NCBI GenBank assembly: GCA_951406725.2
Contig: OX597816.1
Coordinates: forward strand, 179,738,001-179,802,000
Direction of reading: 5' to 3'
From: Octopus vulgaris
Taxonomy: Eukaryota
DNA length: 64,000 bases
This document shows, piece after piece, positions 42,076 to 58,592 of this stretch (the first letter of the stretch is position 1; each line of letters starts with the position of its first letter). The position numbers and the translations under genes were made by a program. The notes beneath the pieces were generated by a model, which was not told the origin of the DNA, ran no database searches, and worked only from the letters and a program-made list of their open reading frames with translations.

Positions 42076-43474
42076 CAAAACTTCGCTAAGATAAGTATTT
42101 ATTTATTTTTAAGATCTTTAAATTGCAAATTTTAATATTTTATTAGTCTTTGGTGTAATAATATTCTTCTTATGTAAATATCGTTGTTTATGTAATGATC
42201 TAATTATTGTAATTTTCTATATTATTAGATATTAAATTTTAAGTTTATTCGTAAGATATTACTTAGCGATAGATTTGTTGTTTGATAGTATACGAGTTGC
42301 CTAAAGTTGGGTTTGTGTATATACGTGTATTAATAGTATTAATTGTAGTTTTAAATTTCTTATAATTAAAATTAGATAAACTTAGATAAACTTAGATATG
42401 TTTCGACCAAAGATTGGTCCAGGCCATGTCTAACTTAATAGCATAACTTAGTTATTGTATTTTTAAATGATATTCACTAGTTTTTTTCCATTCATAAATA
42501 TATTTTTATAGTATTTATAGTATTTATTCGATACTATATAACTACGATTTGATTATTTCTATAAGTATTTTAAATAAGATTTCCGAAAGTTCGTTTAAGT
42601 TTGCTTGTTTGTATTTTTGAAATTAGCTATTTCTTCTTTAAATATGAAAATTAATTTATTAGGTCTTTATTATATGTGCATATATATTGATTTTTAGAAT
42701 TATTTTAGATCTTAATTATAATATTTATTTATATACATTTATATATTTTCATTGATAATTTATATATAATAAGCATTTAAAAAATTTTTTTAAATAAATA
42801 TTTATGTAATTAGATATAGATTATTACCGATATTAGATTATTGGTGGGTTTCTTACCTTAAAAATTAAAATTAATATTTAACATTATTCTCGATTTTGAT
42901 ATAATCATAATTGTTAAGTTTTAAGTTTCTAGTTTGATATTAGAGTTTATTATTAGTAAAATTATTATATTATTTATATCTTAAAAATATTGTTTAAATA
43001 TTTCTGATTATTTTAAAAATATTTCAATTAACCTGAAGATTGACTATAACCATAACTCGAATTATTAATTGAATTTAAATTATTGTTATTCGAATTGGTA
43101 CAGCCATGAAACGATCGTAGTGTTTTACTCTTTATCTTTTATTAAACTTTTAATACTTTTGATAATTATTAAAAAAATAAAAAAATAAAAAAATGAATAA
43201 ATTAAATAATATATAAATATAAAAATATACATACATACATATATATATATATTTATAAATTTAAATTTATAAGTTTAAATTATTTAAATAATTTTTTATT
43301 TTAACTTTTATATTTTTAATTTAATTTTATGTATTGGTTTATGTTTTTCATTGTTTGATTTGCCTAATAGTGGTTTTATCTCTAATTTAATATAATATAA
43401 TATATATTTATACTATAAAATTGGATTTAATCCTAAATCTAATTTTTCCCTGTAAGTTTGGATTTATTCCCTAT

Positions 43475-43480
<6 letters not shown>
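42073..43480 (+). mobile_element. Very AT-rich segment between (TA)n tracts with a degenerate hammerhead-like motif (43031-43102)
   Basis: CTGAAGA...GAAA-CGATCG-TA with weak stems; its first 40 bp recur at 40232-40275. Confidence 0.4.
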
Positions 43481-43516
<36 letters not shown>

Positions 43517-43770
43517 AGGGAGACAGAGAGAGGGGGGAGAGGATTCAACGTTGTGGTGCGTTAATGGCTGTAGCGTGCTCGGCAAGAATGTTTACAGATC
43601 TGGCGGATTGCTTTTATTTGTGAACAAAATGTCCTAAATGACTTTAATCTCTGGGTGATGTATATTGAATAAATCTCTGATTAGCACTAAATTAATCCGC
43701 CGATGCAATCAGAAATATTAATCCTATTTCAAAGAATATTTGGAAGTTATTCTCCGAGAAAGTTTCCGTA

Positions 43771-43885
43771 TTCTTCTTCTTCTTCTTCTTCTTCTTCTTC
43801 TTCTTCTTCTTCTTCTTCTTCTTCTTCTTCTTCTTCTTCTTCTTCTTCTTCTTCTTCTTCTCCTCCTCCTCCTCCTCCTCCTTCC
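43771..43885. repeat. (TTC)n(CTC)n microsatellite
   Basis: Direct reading. Confidence 0.95.
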
Positions 43886-44199
43886 TTTTTTCTTTGGCAT
43901 TGATTTAATAGAAAAAGGAGTGAGAGGATTCTTCACCCTATCTCCAAGAAACAAATGCACCGAGGGATAATTCTTTAAAAACTCACTTGGAAAGGTTGCA
44001 TTTTTAAGTGGTTAACGTTTAACCATGATTCTTTTACGTTGCCGTTGGTAAGCGAGGGTTAATGCCTGAAATCTAAAGTTAGGACTGGAAACATATTTAA
44101 AGCGATCAATATGAAGCTCACATTATTGGATTATGTTTTAAGTGGTCACATGTGAGGGATTAGTCGTTCATAACAATGATAATGCTAATATTAATAATA

Positions 44200-44562
44200 A
44201 TCACCACTTTCATCATCATCGTCATTCAATCATCATCATCACCACCACCACCACGACCATCATCATCATCATCACCACCACCACCACGACCATCATCATC
44301 ACCACCACCACCACCACCACCACCACCACCACCACCACCACCACCACCATATCTTTCTCAATCCTCAAGATAGTTGTGACAGTAACTACAACTATCAACA
44401 TAATCATTCCGCCTTTTTCTACTTTTCCTTCTCGCTTCTTCGCATCATTAACATCACCACCACCACCACCGCCATCATCAAATCATCATTATCGTCGTCG
44501 TCGTTATCATCAGAAGCAGCAGCGACAGTAGCAGCAGCAGCAGCAGCAGCGGCGGCGGCGGT
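44200..44562. repeat. Mixed (CAT/CAC/CAG/CGG)n trinucleotide tract
   Basis: Direct reading. Confidence 0.9.
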
Positions 44563-44689
44563 ACCATCGTATCAACTGAGTGACGGCATAATACAGCAAA
44601 GTACAGCCGTCATTGGAAGCATGTACAGCACTTTCACTGATTGCTTTAAGCGCAAGTGTAGTCGTGGGCAGACATGGACAACCTCTCGG

Positions 44690-44908
44690 TCCTGCTTCTT
44701 GGACCCCGAAGGAAATTCATGTCTTGATTTCTTGTGGGAAAGAGGGCTGTATGAGCAAATACTTGGTACCTATTTACTGCTAATTAAGCTGGAGAAACGT
44801 AAGATGAGATGCCCTACTCGAGGACACAACACGCTGTTCGCTCTAGGAATTGAACCCGCGACCTTATGATCTTGATCCGAACACGCTAATCACTGGGCTA
44901 CATGCCGT
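44690..44908 (-). mobile_element. tRNA-derived SINE (family B-like); related fragment at about 45335-45470
   Basis: Minus head GGCATGTAGCCCAGTGATTAGCG...GGGTTCAATTCC...TGTGTCCTCGAG. Confidence 0.7.
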
Positions 44909-45896
44909 ACTTTCACTTTATACGGTATAGAGGAACGTTATAATGTTTCCCCTATCATCCTCTATATGCAGCTTCCTAGCTTAAATGCATTATATGAACA
45001 CGCATAAAAAAGCCACAAGAGACAGCTTGAGATAATTGCGCGAATGTCATCTGAAACGACTGCAAATATGATATTCTTCGATTCTTCGTGATATTCTATC
45101 CAAAAACGTTCATTGCTAAACACTAATTTAGATTCTAAGAAGGATTACTCTCAGTTTCTTTATATATTAATTACTCGACTGGATACGTTACTCGGAGATC
45201 AAGGAATCTCTCCAGGTCGAGCCGCTACTTCGCCTTTGTCTATTCCTATGTTCGTTTTATTCCGACGTTTCGGCTTGGAGAATTCGTCTTGTGATTTTTT
45301 CCCTGCGATATTTTAACCCCATGCCTATAGTAATGACCCTGACGAACATCCATGTTTTGATTTCTAGAAGGAAAAAGGGCTGTATGAATAAATGCTTGGT
45401 ACCTATTTAAGTAAACTGAAGAATTGTAAAATGCGATGCCTTACTCGAGGACACAACACCCCGTTCGGTCTACTACAGACATGGGAGTAAAATATCGGGG
45501 GAAAGAATCACAAGACAGATTCTCCAAGCCGAAACGTAGGAATAGATCAAGATTGTGATGGTTACATAATATCGATAATATCAGTTGGTCACGCTTGAGA
45601 TTCCAGCCGAAAAGTCTAATGATGTTTTTGATTGACCCTATGGAACAGGTGCCTGAGGAATCTACTCTAACGACCCTCTCAAGAATAAGGAGCGGGGAAA
45701 ATCGACGGATTGATGTATTAGACCTAATATATCAGGTCATACTTTTTCTAATAATATAGTCCTAATGTCCAGTATCTAAAGAATCCCTTCGCTTACAGAT
45801 CATCACATTTCTGGTGAGAAATTTCGCAATCTCAGTCGAGCTTATTAAAGCTAACTTGGAGGTAATTGAAGCAAAATTGCAAGAAAGTGATTTACT

Positions 45897-46131
45897 TTTT
45901 ATCTTTTACTTGTTTCAGTCATTAGACTGCGGCCATGCTGGGGTACTACCTTGAAGAATTTATTGTCGAATGTGTCGACCCCAATACTTTTTTTAAGCCT
46001 GGTACTTATTCTATCGTTATATTTTGCCGAACCGCTAAGTTACGGAGACATAAACACACCGGTTGTCAAGAGGTGGAGGATGGGGGACAAACAGACAGAT
46101 ACACACACACACACACACACACACACGCACG

Positions 46132-46192
<61 letters not shown>

Positions 46193-46345
46193 GACGAGCT
46201 TCTTTCAGCTTCCATCTACCAAATCCACTCACAAGGCTTTGGTCGGACTGAGGCTAAAATAGAAGACAACTGCCCAAGGTGTCACGCAGTGGGTCTGAAC
46301 CTGGAATCATGTGGTTGGGAAGCAAGCTTCTTACCACACAGCCGC
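45897..46345 (-). mobile_element. SINE family A
   Basis: Reverse-complement match to 24909-25312. Confidence 0.85.
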
Positions 46346-47099
46346 CACTACTACCACTGTCATGAAATCATCATTATCGTCGTCGTTGTTATCATCATCA
46401 TCACGCCTGGTCAAATAATTTCAGGCAATTTAGCCTGGAGAGGAAATTCGATGTGATTTCGGAAATATTGAAACCTATAAATTCTCACAAATCTGTAAAA
46501 CATTTATACAAACCTCACGGAACTATTCCCAGAGAGGCAAATATTCACCGAGAAATTTTACAATATTGGTAAAGACTTCATATACATAGAACTGGCGTGG
46601 TTGAAATGAAGAAGAGTAAAAGAAAAAAAAAGTAAAACATCGAAGCAGCTGAAACGATTTAATTAAGAGAAACGATAAACGAAAAATTGCATGGTGGTCT
46701 AGGGAAGTCCAATTCAAAGTGTTTCTTTCACTACGGATACGAATATAGGTATATAAAAAAAAAACTGAACCAAAATATATACACAATAAATGAATAAATA
46801 AAAATAAAAATATTGGACCAGGTTCAATATTGGTCCCTTTTGCGCAATACTTGAGCACTTGTCTTAAACAAAAGCTGAGTTGACCAATGTCTTCAGACAA
46901 AATTGACACACGGATATTATACAAACGGCCACCGTGCATGCACACACAGACGTGCGTGCGCGCATGTAGAAAGATATTGTTCGTTTTCTTTTAACTAAGT
47001 AATGATTGCTAACATTAGATACAAGACCATACATTTCGAATAAGGGTATAAAAGATTGATTAAATCGAGAAGAAAAAAAATCTAGCAAGCAAATATTTC

Positions 47100-47520
47100 G
47101 AAGTTTGACCGTATTCAGGATATGAGTGAAAACGACTTTTACTCTATGGTCCCGAAACCTGGCCTATGAAGAAGGGGCTTCAAGATCCCTTTGATGATAT
47201 ATACAACAGGTTTCTCATGAGTGCTCAGTACATCTCATGGCGTGATCACAATTCCAAAGAAGAGATTTATGGACATATTCTACCCATTTCTATTATTGTT
47301 ATTCAACGTAGGGCAGGCTTCGCTGGTCACTGTTATTATAATGAACACCAGGTGTAATCAGCAGTTGCATTTTGGAAATTATCGCACCCGAAAGGAGGGT
47401 GAAGACAGCATTGATCTTATTAACAAAGACACACAACATGAAATTGAAGACCAACCAAACAAAACTAATGCGAAGCGGAAATTCCTGGTGCAGCGTACTG
47501 AGACGCATCTTGGTCGCGAC
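47100..47520 (+). pseudogene. Older RTE LINE 3' fragment
   Basis: ISWRDH.SKEEIYG..LPIS....QRR..FAGHCY, homologous to 35677-36184. Confidence 0.7.
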
Positions 47521-47552
47521 CTCTCAAAGACAAAGAAGCAAGTACGTACATA

Positions 47553-47990
47553 TTCTTTTATTCTTTAACTTGTTTCAGTTGTTTGACTGCGGCCATGGTG
47601 GAGCACCGTCTTGAAGGGTTTTTACTCGAACAAATCAACCTCAGGACTTATTGTTTCTTTTTTTGAGCGTAGTACTTATTTTACCGAGATCTAATGCCGA
47701 ACTGCTAAGTTATTGAGACGTAAACATACCAACACCAGTTGCCAAGCGGTGATGGAGGACAAACACAGATACAAAGGCACACATGCGTACACAAACGCAC
47801 ACACACGTGCACGCATACACACAGACATATGACGGGCTTCTTTCAGTTTCCGTCTACCAAATCCACTGACAAGACTTTGGTCGGCTCGAGGCTATAGCAG
47901 AAGACACACAAAGTGTCACGCAGCGGGATTGAAACCAAAACCATGTGGTTGGGAAGCAAACTTCTTACCACACAGCCACGCCTGTGCCTC
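47553..47990 (-). mobile_element. SINE family A
   Basis: Reverse-complement match to 24909-25312. Confidence 0.85.
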
Positions 47991-48582
47991 CCCACAGCCA
48001 CTTCTGCGCGTGTTGTTTATTTTGTTGATCCTTGAAGAAATGAAATGAAAGTTCAACATGAGCGCTAAATGTAATCAGAACGTGAAAGAACCTAGCTAAA
48101 TATTAGTTTCAAGTTTTGACTCTAGGTCAGTTATTTCAGGGAAGGAGTCAAGTCGATTACGGAGTCGATGCGACTCCAGCGTTCAAATTTTATCGACCTC
48201 TAAAGGATGAAAGGCAGTCGACTTCGGTGAATATTAATATTGATTTCAAATTTTAGCACAAGGCCAGCAATTTCGGGGAAGGAGGTAAGTTGAGAACTAA
48301 ATGAAAATAATATTAAGTCACAGCAATCGGGCAGTATGTCCCACAATCGGGCAGTATGTCTCTTGTATCGCTTTAAGTTTTGAGGTAAATAACATAAAAG
48401 GACATATGTATTATAGAAAGGTTATTCTGATAAAAAGAGAAAACATTTCTAGCTCCTTTTTTGTTCATGAGAGTTTTGAACACAGTAGAAACTGAGAGGA
48501 AATGTTGTGAGTTAGTAGTTATACGTGCACGTGAGGAAAGTGATTGTAGAGAGAGAAGTGGTATGTGAGGAAGAGGGTTTAG

Positions 48583-48659
<77 letters not shown>

Positions 48660-49084
48660 AGACCAATTAGAGAGAGGAAGAGAGAAGACGGAATAGTCAG
48701 TTTATAGAGGGGAGGAGTTTTGTTAGCAAGGTCAGTGCCCGCAACAGCAAACTTATCAAATGTCACATTCACACCACCACCCCACAAACACAAACATATA
48801 CAGTTGTGACACAGACACATGTACGCACAAGTAGTAGCCAAACTCACATGCATAAATGTAACGGCATACGAACACTTCAAAAATGAAACTTCTGATATCA
48901 GCTTGCATATGAGCGTTTGCACACACAACGCAGTTTAGAATAAGATAAAAATGAAATAGTAATAACGGAAATAAAATGAAATAGAATAAATGATAAAGAT
49001 ATTTAAAAAAAAAAAAGCTTTCTCTACGATGTATTTGCATAAACACCAGTGGGATGGATGAGATTAGTACGAATAGTAAATAAA

Positions 49085-49450
49085 AATGTGTTCATTTTGA
49101 GTGCAGGTGATGTCTCAAGGGCATTGCTGTGAGTATGTTTTTCTGGGATATGATGCTGGATGGTAATTAGCCGTACCCAGCATGGAGAGGATTTTCAAGA
49201 AGTGATCAAATATGCTGAAATTGTAGACTACGAGTTGGTCCTGAATTCGTCAATGAATGTTGCAAATGCGCATGCAAAAGTGGCCGCGCAGTTGCTGGTA
49301 TATTTTCCAACATAGAGGGTACCACAGCACAATTTGCATATGAGCTTGGCAGATGTGAGCGTGACCTGGTACTGCAATTTAGGGCAGGTGATTGTTTTGC
49401 CGCATTATTTCAATACATTTGATCTTCCTATAAACCATCTCTCGGATTAC
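49085..49450 (-). pseudogene. Possible decayed Penelope-like GIY-YIG endonuclease remnant
   Basis: Minus-strand LICKLCCGTLYVGK resembles the Y.I.C..C...YVG motif. Confidence 0.35.
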
Positions 49451-49762
49451 AACTCTCTATGAAATACGAAGAACAATACATATTCACTTTTATTTCTAGT
49501 AGATCTAAATAAACGTTTCTCTTCATTTTCTCTTCCTAATCCCACCCAATCACACCTGTTTATGCATGTGTATTTTGCAGAATGTCATTATAAATAAGCA
49601 TTTTCCTTCATATTAATTTTTATAAATTTTTATATAATTTTATTTAATTTCTGACTATTTTGATTTTCCTTCTATCAAGCAACGCCAAGCCTAATCAGTA
49701 TTTAGATGGATGACCACTTGAGAAATCTAGGAGCTGCAAGCAAAAACTTTGGTTTATTTTTA

Positions 49763-50175
49763 AGGTGGCAAACTGGTATAATCGTTAACGCGTCGGACGG
49801 GCGCATGATACAGTGGTTAGAGCTTCGGGCTCACAATCATAAGGTAGTGAGTTCGATACCCGGACCGGGCTGTGTGTTGTGTTCTTGAGCAAGAAACTTT
49901 TTTTCACATTGCTCCAGTTCACTCGGTTCTAGAAATGAGTTGCCCCGTCACTGTATCGGCGTTTGCCTTTTTCTTGGATAACGTCGGTGGCGTGGAGCGG
50001 GGTTTGCTGCTCTTCCATGAACAACCTTATCCGGACTTGGGCCTCGGAGGTTAACTTTCAAGGTGCAATCCCATGGTCGTTCATGACCGAGGGTGGGGTC
50101 ATTAATTTCTCTCGACAATTTACGTTCCGAGCTCAAATTGTAACGAGGTCAACTTTGCTTTCATTCTTCAATCAG
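49763..50175 (+). mobile_element. Family C SINE interrupted by a family B SINE (about 49799-50100)
   Basis: Family C head at 49763-49798 resumes near 50120 (TACGTTCCGAGCTCAAATT...AACTTTGCTTTCAT); the inner element has GGCGCATGATACAGTGGTTAGAGC...GAGTTCGATACCC. Confidence 0.7.
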
Positions 50176-50793
50176 ATTCTGGGGCAATGTATTCAATTCC
50201 CCCCTCCTCCAAAATTAGAATATTACTGAATGCATGGGCGCGCAAAAAGGATCTCAGTACCACACTCTATTGTTCGTATTTATGTGTATTCCTCACGTAT
50301 ATATGTGTGTATATATGTACTTCTGTCTATATGTGTATTTATGTGTGTTGACTGTATGTGTCTGCGTGTGGAGTGAATACAGCTGCTGTTAACTTCCTGC
50401 TGTTGTCACTAACCTAGCCAGTATCAACATTCACCCTCTTAAGCTGACCAATCATTTCCGTTCTAAATCACTCTCCGTTATCGACTTCATAATTTATCAA
50501 TTAACTTTTCCCTCCAAATTCTTTCCTCTCTATCACCACTTTTGTCTTGTAGACTATATCTCTCACATGCGTACTTAACTAATAATGCAACCAATCTAGG
50601 CCATTCTTCACAGTGTCCATTGTTGGCATGAACTAAAGGTGAAGACAATCTTTCTCCCACTCTCTGTGAAAAAGGATACTATCCGAAACGCCGAAAACTC
50701 TCCTCTCAGCAATATATACTCTAAATGACTTTAAACTTTACAACTAAATACAATTTTTGCCGCTATTACTCTTTTTCACACACACACACACAC

Positions 50794-50835
<42 letters not shown>

Positions 50836-51613
50836 ACACACACACACACACAATATCTCTCTTAAACATACTGTAGGCTATTTATTACTATACAGATACG
50901 AGTGGTTAAGACGTTCGTTTTTGAATGACGAGGCCATAAGTTCTATCCTACCAAAACAGCCCCTTGGAAAAGTGTCTGCTACCATAGCCATTGTAACAAA
51001 AACTGGGTCGGCTGAGACTGTATGGAGACCCGTGAAATGAATTGCACTTGTTATTCATTCTCTTCATACACTGTCTATGTCGCTGATTCTGCTTGACGAT
51101 TGTGTTAAGCCTCGACACGTCAGTGAATTCTATCTGTGGAATACTCAGCTATTTACATTAATATCTAATGAAGAGGAGATTCCGTTGTTTGAACGACATT
51201 AGCGTTCATCATCGACACTAGTGGAAGCTCCATTATTACAATTACTTAACCTCTCATAAATTACGTATATTTATATTACTAGCAAGAAAATGGTATTTGT
51301 ATAACTTAAACACCGTAATCTGTGTGTGTATCAGCAGCTCCTAACCGTTTCACTACCATTTATTCAAATGAGTTTTCCCACTTATGATAACTATCGTGGT
51401 TTTAGATGGGAGTAAATATTACCCTTTGGTATTAATACAGTTTTGGTAGGATAGAACTTACAACCTCAGGACATTAAAAGGTCTGTCAACTTAACATGTT
51501 CACGGGTCCCCAATACTAACTTTACGGATCACAGGTTGGGAACCACTGCTCGAAGTCATTTGTGTATGTATATTACTTAACACACCACATGTCACACACG
51601 ATGTATGCATTTG

Positions 51614-51674
<61 letters not shown>

Positions 51675-52011
51675 GTATGCATGCATGTATTTATGTATGT
51701 ATGTATGCATGTATGCATGTATGTATGTATGTATGTATGTATTTATGTATATATTAGTTAGCGCACTATAGAGTATGTGTCTATGTATATTAATGTACCA
51801 CGGAACATATATCTATATATGTATATATTACGTAACATAACATCATAGCGCAGATCATATATTCGTGACTCACCATATGTCATAAGCTTATGTATACCAC
51901 GTAACGTTCCATATATCACGAATTTGTGTGAATATATAACGCAAATACACATACACACGAACATATGGGAGTCGGTGTTATAAAATATACATTTGATTTT
52001 TCCCTCTCTTC

Positions 52012-52960
52012 AAGACTAACTCACCATACTTTCTCAGTCCGAACTCCATTCTGATATCAGCACTGAAGGTATACACTGTATCAACGAGGGAACTGACTTG
52101 GACTTCATCTTTACCATAAAGTTTGAGGTCATCCATGAATAACAAATGGTTGACTTTTTGTTGGTGGCTTTTGAATATATACCCAGCTTTTGCTTTCCTC
52201 AGAATCAGTGTTAGTACAAAGATCAGTGGGGAGAGGCAGTCCCCTTGGAAGATGCCCCCTCCTAATTTCTACTGTCCCTAAGCTTCTTCCGTATGCTGTT
52301 AGGTCCGTCCTCCAATTCGCCTTACTTTTTCCAAGCAATCGCGCAACATTCGAAGCAATACCAAATAGGTTCATACACTCCATAATCCAAGAATGTAGGA
52401 TTATATCGTACGCCTTACGATAGTCGATCCATGACATGGCTAAGTTACTTTTCCTCCTCTTGCAGTCTCTAAGTACAGTTTTGTCTATCAGGAGTTGATC
52501 CTTGGTATCTCTCACTTACGCTTGCAACCCTTCTGTTCATGTGGCAGGACTCCATTTCTTTTCCAGATGTTCGTACATTGACTCTGTGAGTATTCCAGGC
52601 AGTAGCAAACTGGATATCGGCCTGTAATTGTCTACCGTTTTGCCTGTTTCGATGTTTTTCAAGCACAGCATTTTCCTACCCAATGTCAACCACTCTGGTG
52701 TTACTTGATCGGCATTTAACAAAGTGTGGAGTTGCGCAGCTATTCGTGCCTGACATTCACCAAATCTTTTGATCCAGTAGCCTTGAACTCCAACTGGTCC
52801 CGGGGCATTCAAGCTGCTCATTTTTTTTTTTACTGATTTCCTTCTCTTCCCTGGCTGAGCTGACTAGTTCTGCCTGTTTTGGACAGACTACTGTTTGTTT
52901 CAGTACTTGCAACCATTCAGTATCCTTCTAGTGCTCCAGATGTCACTCCGAAACCTTTGG
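52012..52960 (-). pseudogene. R4/Dong-like LINE reverse transcriptase fragment (older family)
   Basis: [56 protein letters not shown]. Confidence 0.85.
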
Positions 52961-52961
52961 C

Positions 52962-55280
52962 TTTTGTTTTAAACCTTGGGATTACTTAGAGAGTATTTTG
53001 CGTAGGATATGAGCAGTTCCCATGGACACTATCTTTTGAATTTCTGCCATTTTGGGGTTTCCTGGTATCTGACTTAGGTAGCAATCAGCCCCTTTCGCTA
53101 TCATTCCCAGGGCACCCATGACAACAGGTATTGTTTTAGTCTTCAGCTTCCACATTTTGCTGATTTCTATTTCAAGATCTTTATATTTGCTCAGTTTTTG
53201 GTAGGTCTTGACAGATACGTTTATATCGATTGGGACAGTCATATCAATGAGGAGGCATGTTCTTTGTCTGAAGTCTTTCACTATAATGTCTGGCCTATTT
53301 GCATCTATCTTTCTGTCAGTTTGAATGGTGAAGTTCCAGAGGAGTAGGATGTCATTTTCAAGCACTGGAGGTGGATTGTGTTCCCACCAGTTTTTATCAT
53401 GGGGCAAATCCAGGTTTTTGCAAATTACCCAGTGAATATATCGTGCAGCTCTATCATGCCTGCTGAGATACTCTGTAGGCGCTAGAATACTGCATTTGGA
53501 GACAACATGATCAATGGTTTCATTTTGTTGTCGGCATACACGACATGTTGGGCTACTGCCGTTCTTTAATATGTTGGCCTGGTAGTTTCTTGTTGGTAGG
53601 CATTGATCTTGAGCTGCTATGATAAACCCCTCTGTTTCAGATTCTAAGCCAGAGGCCATTAGCCATTGATGGGTCAGGGCTTTGTCAACATCTACATTAT
53701 TCGCTCTCTTTGGGTATTTGCCATAGAGAGGTTTTTCTTGCCATTTATTATTCAGAATATCTAAGGCCGCAGTTTTGGCACAGGTTTTCATGCGCCTAGC
53801 TTTTTCTGTGCTTGTTTCTTGTATGTCTATCTCTAATCCCGAAAGTGGTTGTATTCGGAATTCACTTAGATATTCTTTTGCCTGTTTTGTTACTGAGTAT
53901 GATGCTTTCTGGTTTTCATGTTTTGAGACACGTTTTAACACCCAGTCCTCAGACTTTTTCAGGTAGGTGTCTAGGCCAATTGTAGCAATCTTCATTGTTA
54001 TTGCCAGTTGCATAAGACCACGGCCTCCCTCTTTTCTTGGCAGATAAAGTCGTTCTGTATCTGCCTTAGGGTGGTGCATTCTATGCATTGTCAACAGTTT
54101 TCTTATTTTTCTGTCGAGCTGATATATTTCAGTAATTGACCAGTTAACGATATTGAAACTGTAAGTCACGACTGGTATGGTTAATGCATTGATCGCTTCG
54201 ATCCTGTTTCTTGCATTCAGCTCTGTCTTGAGTATTGCTCTCACTCTTCGATAGCATTCTCTCCTGATCCTTTTCTTCATCTCTGAATGCCTTATTCCGC
54301 TCCCTTCAATTACCCCTACGTACTTGTAGCTCTCCGCTGGGTCTAGTTCTTTTATGACATTCTGCTGGTCAAGGTCAACGTTAGATGTTTCTGTCATTTT
54401 TCCTGCATATTTATCGAGGCCGAATTGCATTCTGATGTCGTCACTGAATTGTTTGACTATCGCTAGTAAGCCCTTGAGTTGTTGGTAATTTTTTGCAAAG
54501 AGCTTTAAATCATCCATGTAAATGAGATGATTTATATTTTTATCAAACATTTTATACCCGTACTGCGCGTCATTGAGCAGTTTTGAGAGAGGTATTAAGG
54601 CTAAACAAAAGAGGAGTGGTGACAGTGAGTCACCCTGGAAAATGCCACACGAAATTTTTACATCACCAGCATTTAGGGATTCATTGTCACTGTTCAGAGT
54701 TAGTGTGGTTCTCCATGATCTCATACTTACAGTCAAAAAGTTTCGCAGAGTAGGTGCTATAGGCATTTCCTAATCCAGCTATGTGGTAGGCTATCAAAAG
54801 CCTTTTTATAGTCTATCCAGGCTATTGATAAGTTTTTGTGTCGTTTGTGACAATCTTCTAAGATCATCTTATTGATGAGTAGTTGATCTTTACAGCCGTA
54901 GGATCCACGTTTACATCCTTTCTGTTCATTAGGGAATATGCTGCTGTCTGTTAAAAAACTATAAGAATATTCCGTCAGGACAGATGTTAGCGTTTTGTAC
55001 ATAGTTGTTAAGCAGGTTATGGGTCTATAGTTTTTTGGTTCATTTGTTTCTTCACTTTTTGGAAGCAGGAATGTTAACCCATTAACTAGCCAAGGAGGCA
55101 TCCTACTAGGGTGTTGCAAAACATCATTATACAGTTCTGTTAGCAGTTCATGGTTCTCTGGGAAGGCATTCAGCCAGAAGTTAGGAATTTTATCCTTTCC
55201 TTGAGACTTCCATTTGCTTGACCTCCTGAGAGCAGATCTTATATCTTCTACCTTGACACCCTCCCACTTTTGCTCTTCTA
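52962..55280 (-). mobile_element. R4/Dong-clade LINE copy A (RT, CCHC finger, restriction-like endonuclease; ORFs 54757-55119 and 52982-54766)
   Basis: NYRPITCL, WIDYKKAFDSLPHSW, GIFQGDSLSPLLF, YMDDLKL, CRVC...H....C, RHD, RPDI...D...K; one frameshift near 54765; 5'-truncated, most of the 3' UTR missing. Confidence 0.92.
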
Positions 55281-57005
<1,725 letters not shown>

Positions 57006-57006
<1 letters not shown>

Positions 57007-58178
57007 TATGTTTGACTTTTGCTTTATATTTGTACAAGTTGGCTCCAAGTCTCACCCAGAGACCTCAAGAGACAACAGTTTGGAAGTTCATGTTGTTGTT
57101 ATGCCTAGTATGCCATATATTTGGTTTTGTATTTAGTGTTGTACTAGTGAATATCTAAAAAAACATACGAAAATTATGTTTGTTTTAAACCTTGAGATTA
57201 CTTAGAGAGTATTTTGCGTAGGATATGAGCAGTTCCCATGAGCACTATCTTTTGAATTTCTGCCATTTTTGTGTTTCCTGGTATCTGACTTAGGTAGCAA
57301 TCAGCCCCTTTTGCTATCATTCGCAGGGCACCCATGACAACAGGTATTGTTTTAGTCTTCAGCTTCCACATTTTGCTGATTTCTATTTCAAGATCTTTAT
57401 ATTTGCTCAGTTTTTGGTAGGTCTTGACAGATATGTTTATATCGATTGGGACAGTCATATCAATGAGGAGGCATGTTCTTTGTCTGAAGTCTTTCAATAT
57501 GATTTCTGGTCCATTTGCATCTATCTTTCTGTCAGTTTGAATGGTGACGTTCCAGAGGAGTGAGATGTGGTCATTTTCAAGCACTGGAGGTGGTTTGTGT
57601 TCCCACCAGTTTTTATCATGGGGCAAATCCAGGTTTTTGCAAATTACCCAGTGAATATATTGTGCAGCTTTATCATGCCTGTTGAGATACTCTGTAGGCG
57701 CTAGAAGACTGCACTTGGAGACAACATGATCAATGGTTTCACTTTGTTGTCGATATACACGACACGTTGGGCTACTGCCGTTCTTTAATATGTTGGCCTG
57801 GTAGTTTCTTGTTGGTAGGCATTGATCTTGAGCTGCTATGATAAACCCCTCTGTTTCAGATTCTAAGCCAGAGGCCATTAGCCATTGATGGGTCAGGGCT
57901 TTGTCAACATCTGCATTATTCTCTCTCTTTGGGCATTTGCCATAGAGAGTTTTTTTTGCCATTTATCATTCAGAATATATAAGGCCGCAGTTTTAGCAAG
58001 GGTTTTCATGCGCTTAGCTTTTTCTGTGCTTCTTGTATGTCTAATTCCGAAATGTGTTGTATTCGGAATTCACTTAGATATTCCTTTGCCTGTTTTGTTA
58101 CTGAGTGTGAAGCTTTCTTGTTTTCATGTTTTGAGACAAGTTTTAACATCCAGTCCTCAGACTTTTTCAGTTAGGTAG

Positions 58179-58180
<2 letters not shown>
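57006..58180 (-). mobile_element. R4/Dong-clade LINE copy C, 5'-truncated
   Basis: ORF 57198-57962; same 3' terminus as copy B. Confidence 0.92.
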
Positions 58181-58251
<71 letters not shown>

Positions 58252-58252
<1 letters not shown>

Positions 58253-58592
58253 TGGCGAAAACTCTTAGCTCATTTTGCTGGGTATGGCGGAAAGTGTCGG
58301 CTGTCCACAGCCAGCAGACTAAGGTGACACTTGTTTACTGATCGTACTTCAAGAACCCTGCTGATATCTCTTGCAGTTCCAAGTAATAATTATGTTTGTA
58401 GGTGTTCTACCTTTACATTTATACCAATCTGTTTGAGCCATGTTATTAGATGAGTATTGATACTTCCAAGAGCAACAATAACTATTGGTATCACGTCCAC
58501 TCTCTTCACTGCCCACAACGCGCGTATTTCCCACTTCAAATCGTCATAGTTCACTTTATCTTCTTTCTCGTTGATCCTGTTGTCACTGGGAC
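58252..58592 (-). mobile_element. 3' end of a different R4/Dong-like family
   Basis: NYDDLKWEIRALW...VIPIVIVALG...LLGTA; 3' end abuts (TAA)n. Confidence 0.75.

Noticed and set aside
50665-50700. Hammerhead-like CTGTGAAAAAGGATACTATCCGAAACG
   Set aside because: Stem II-like hairpin and GAAA present, but core and cleavage triplet too degenerate.
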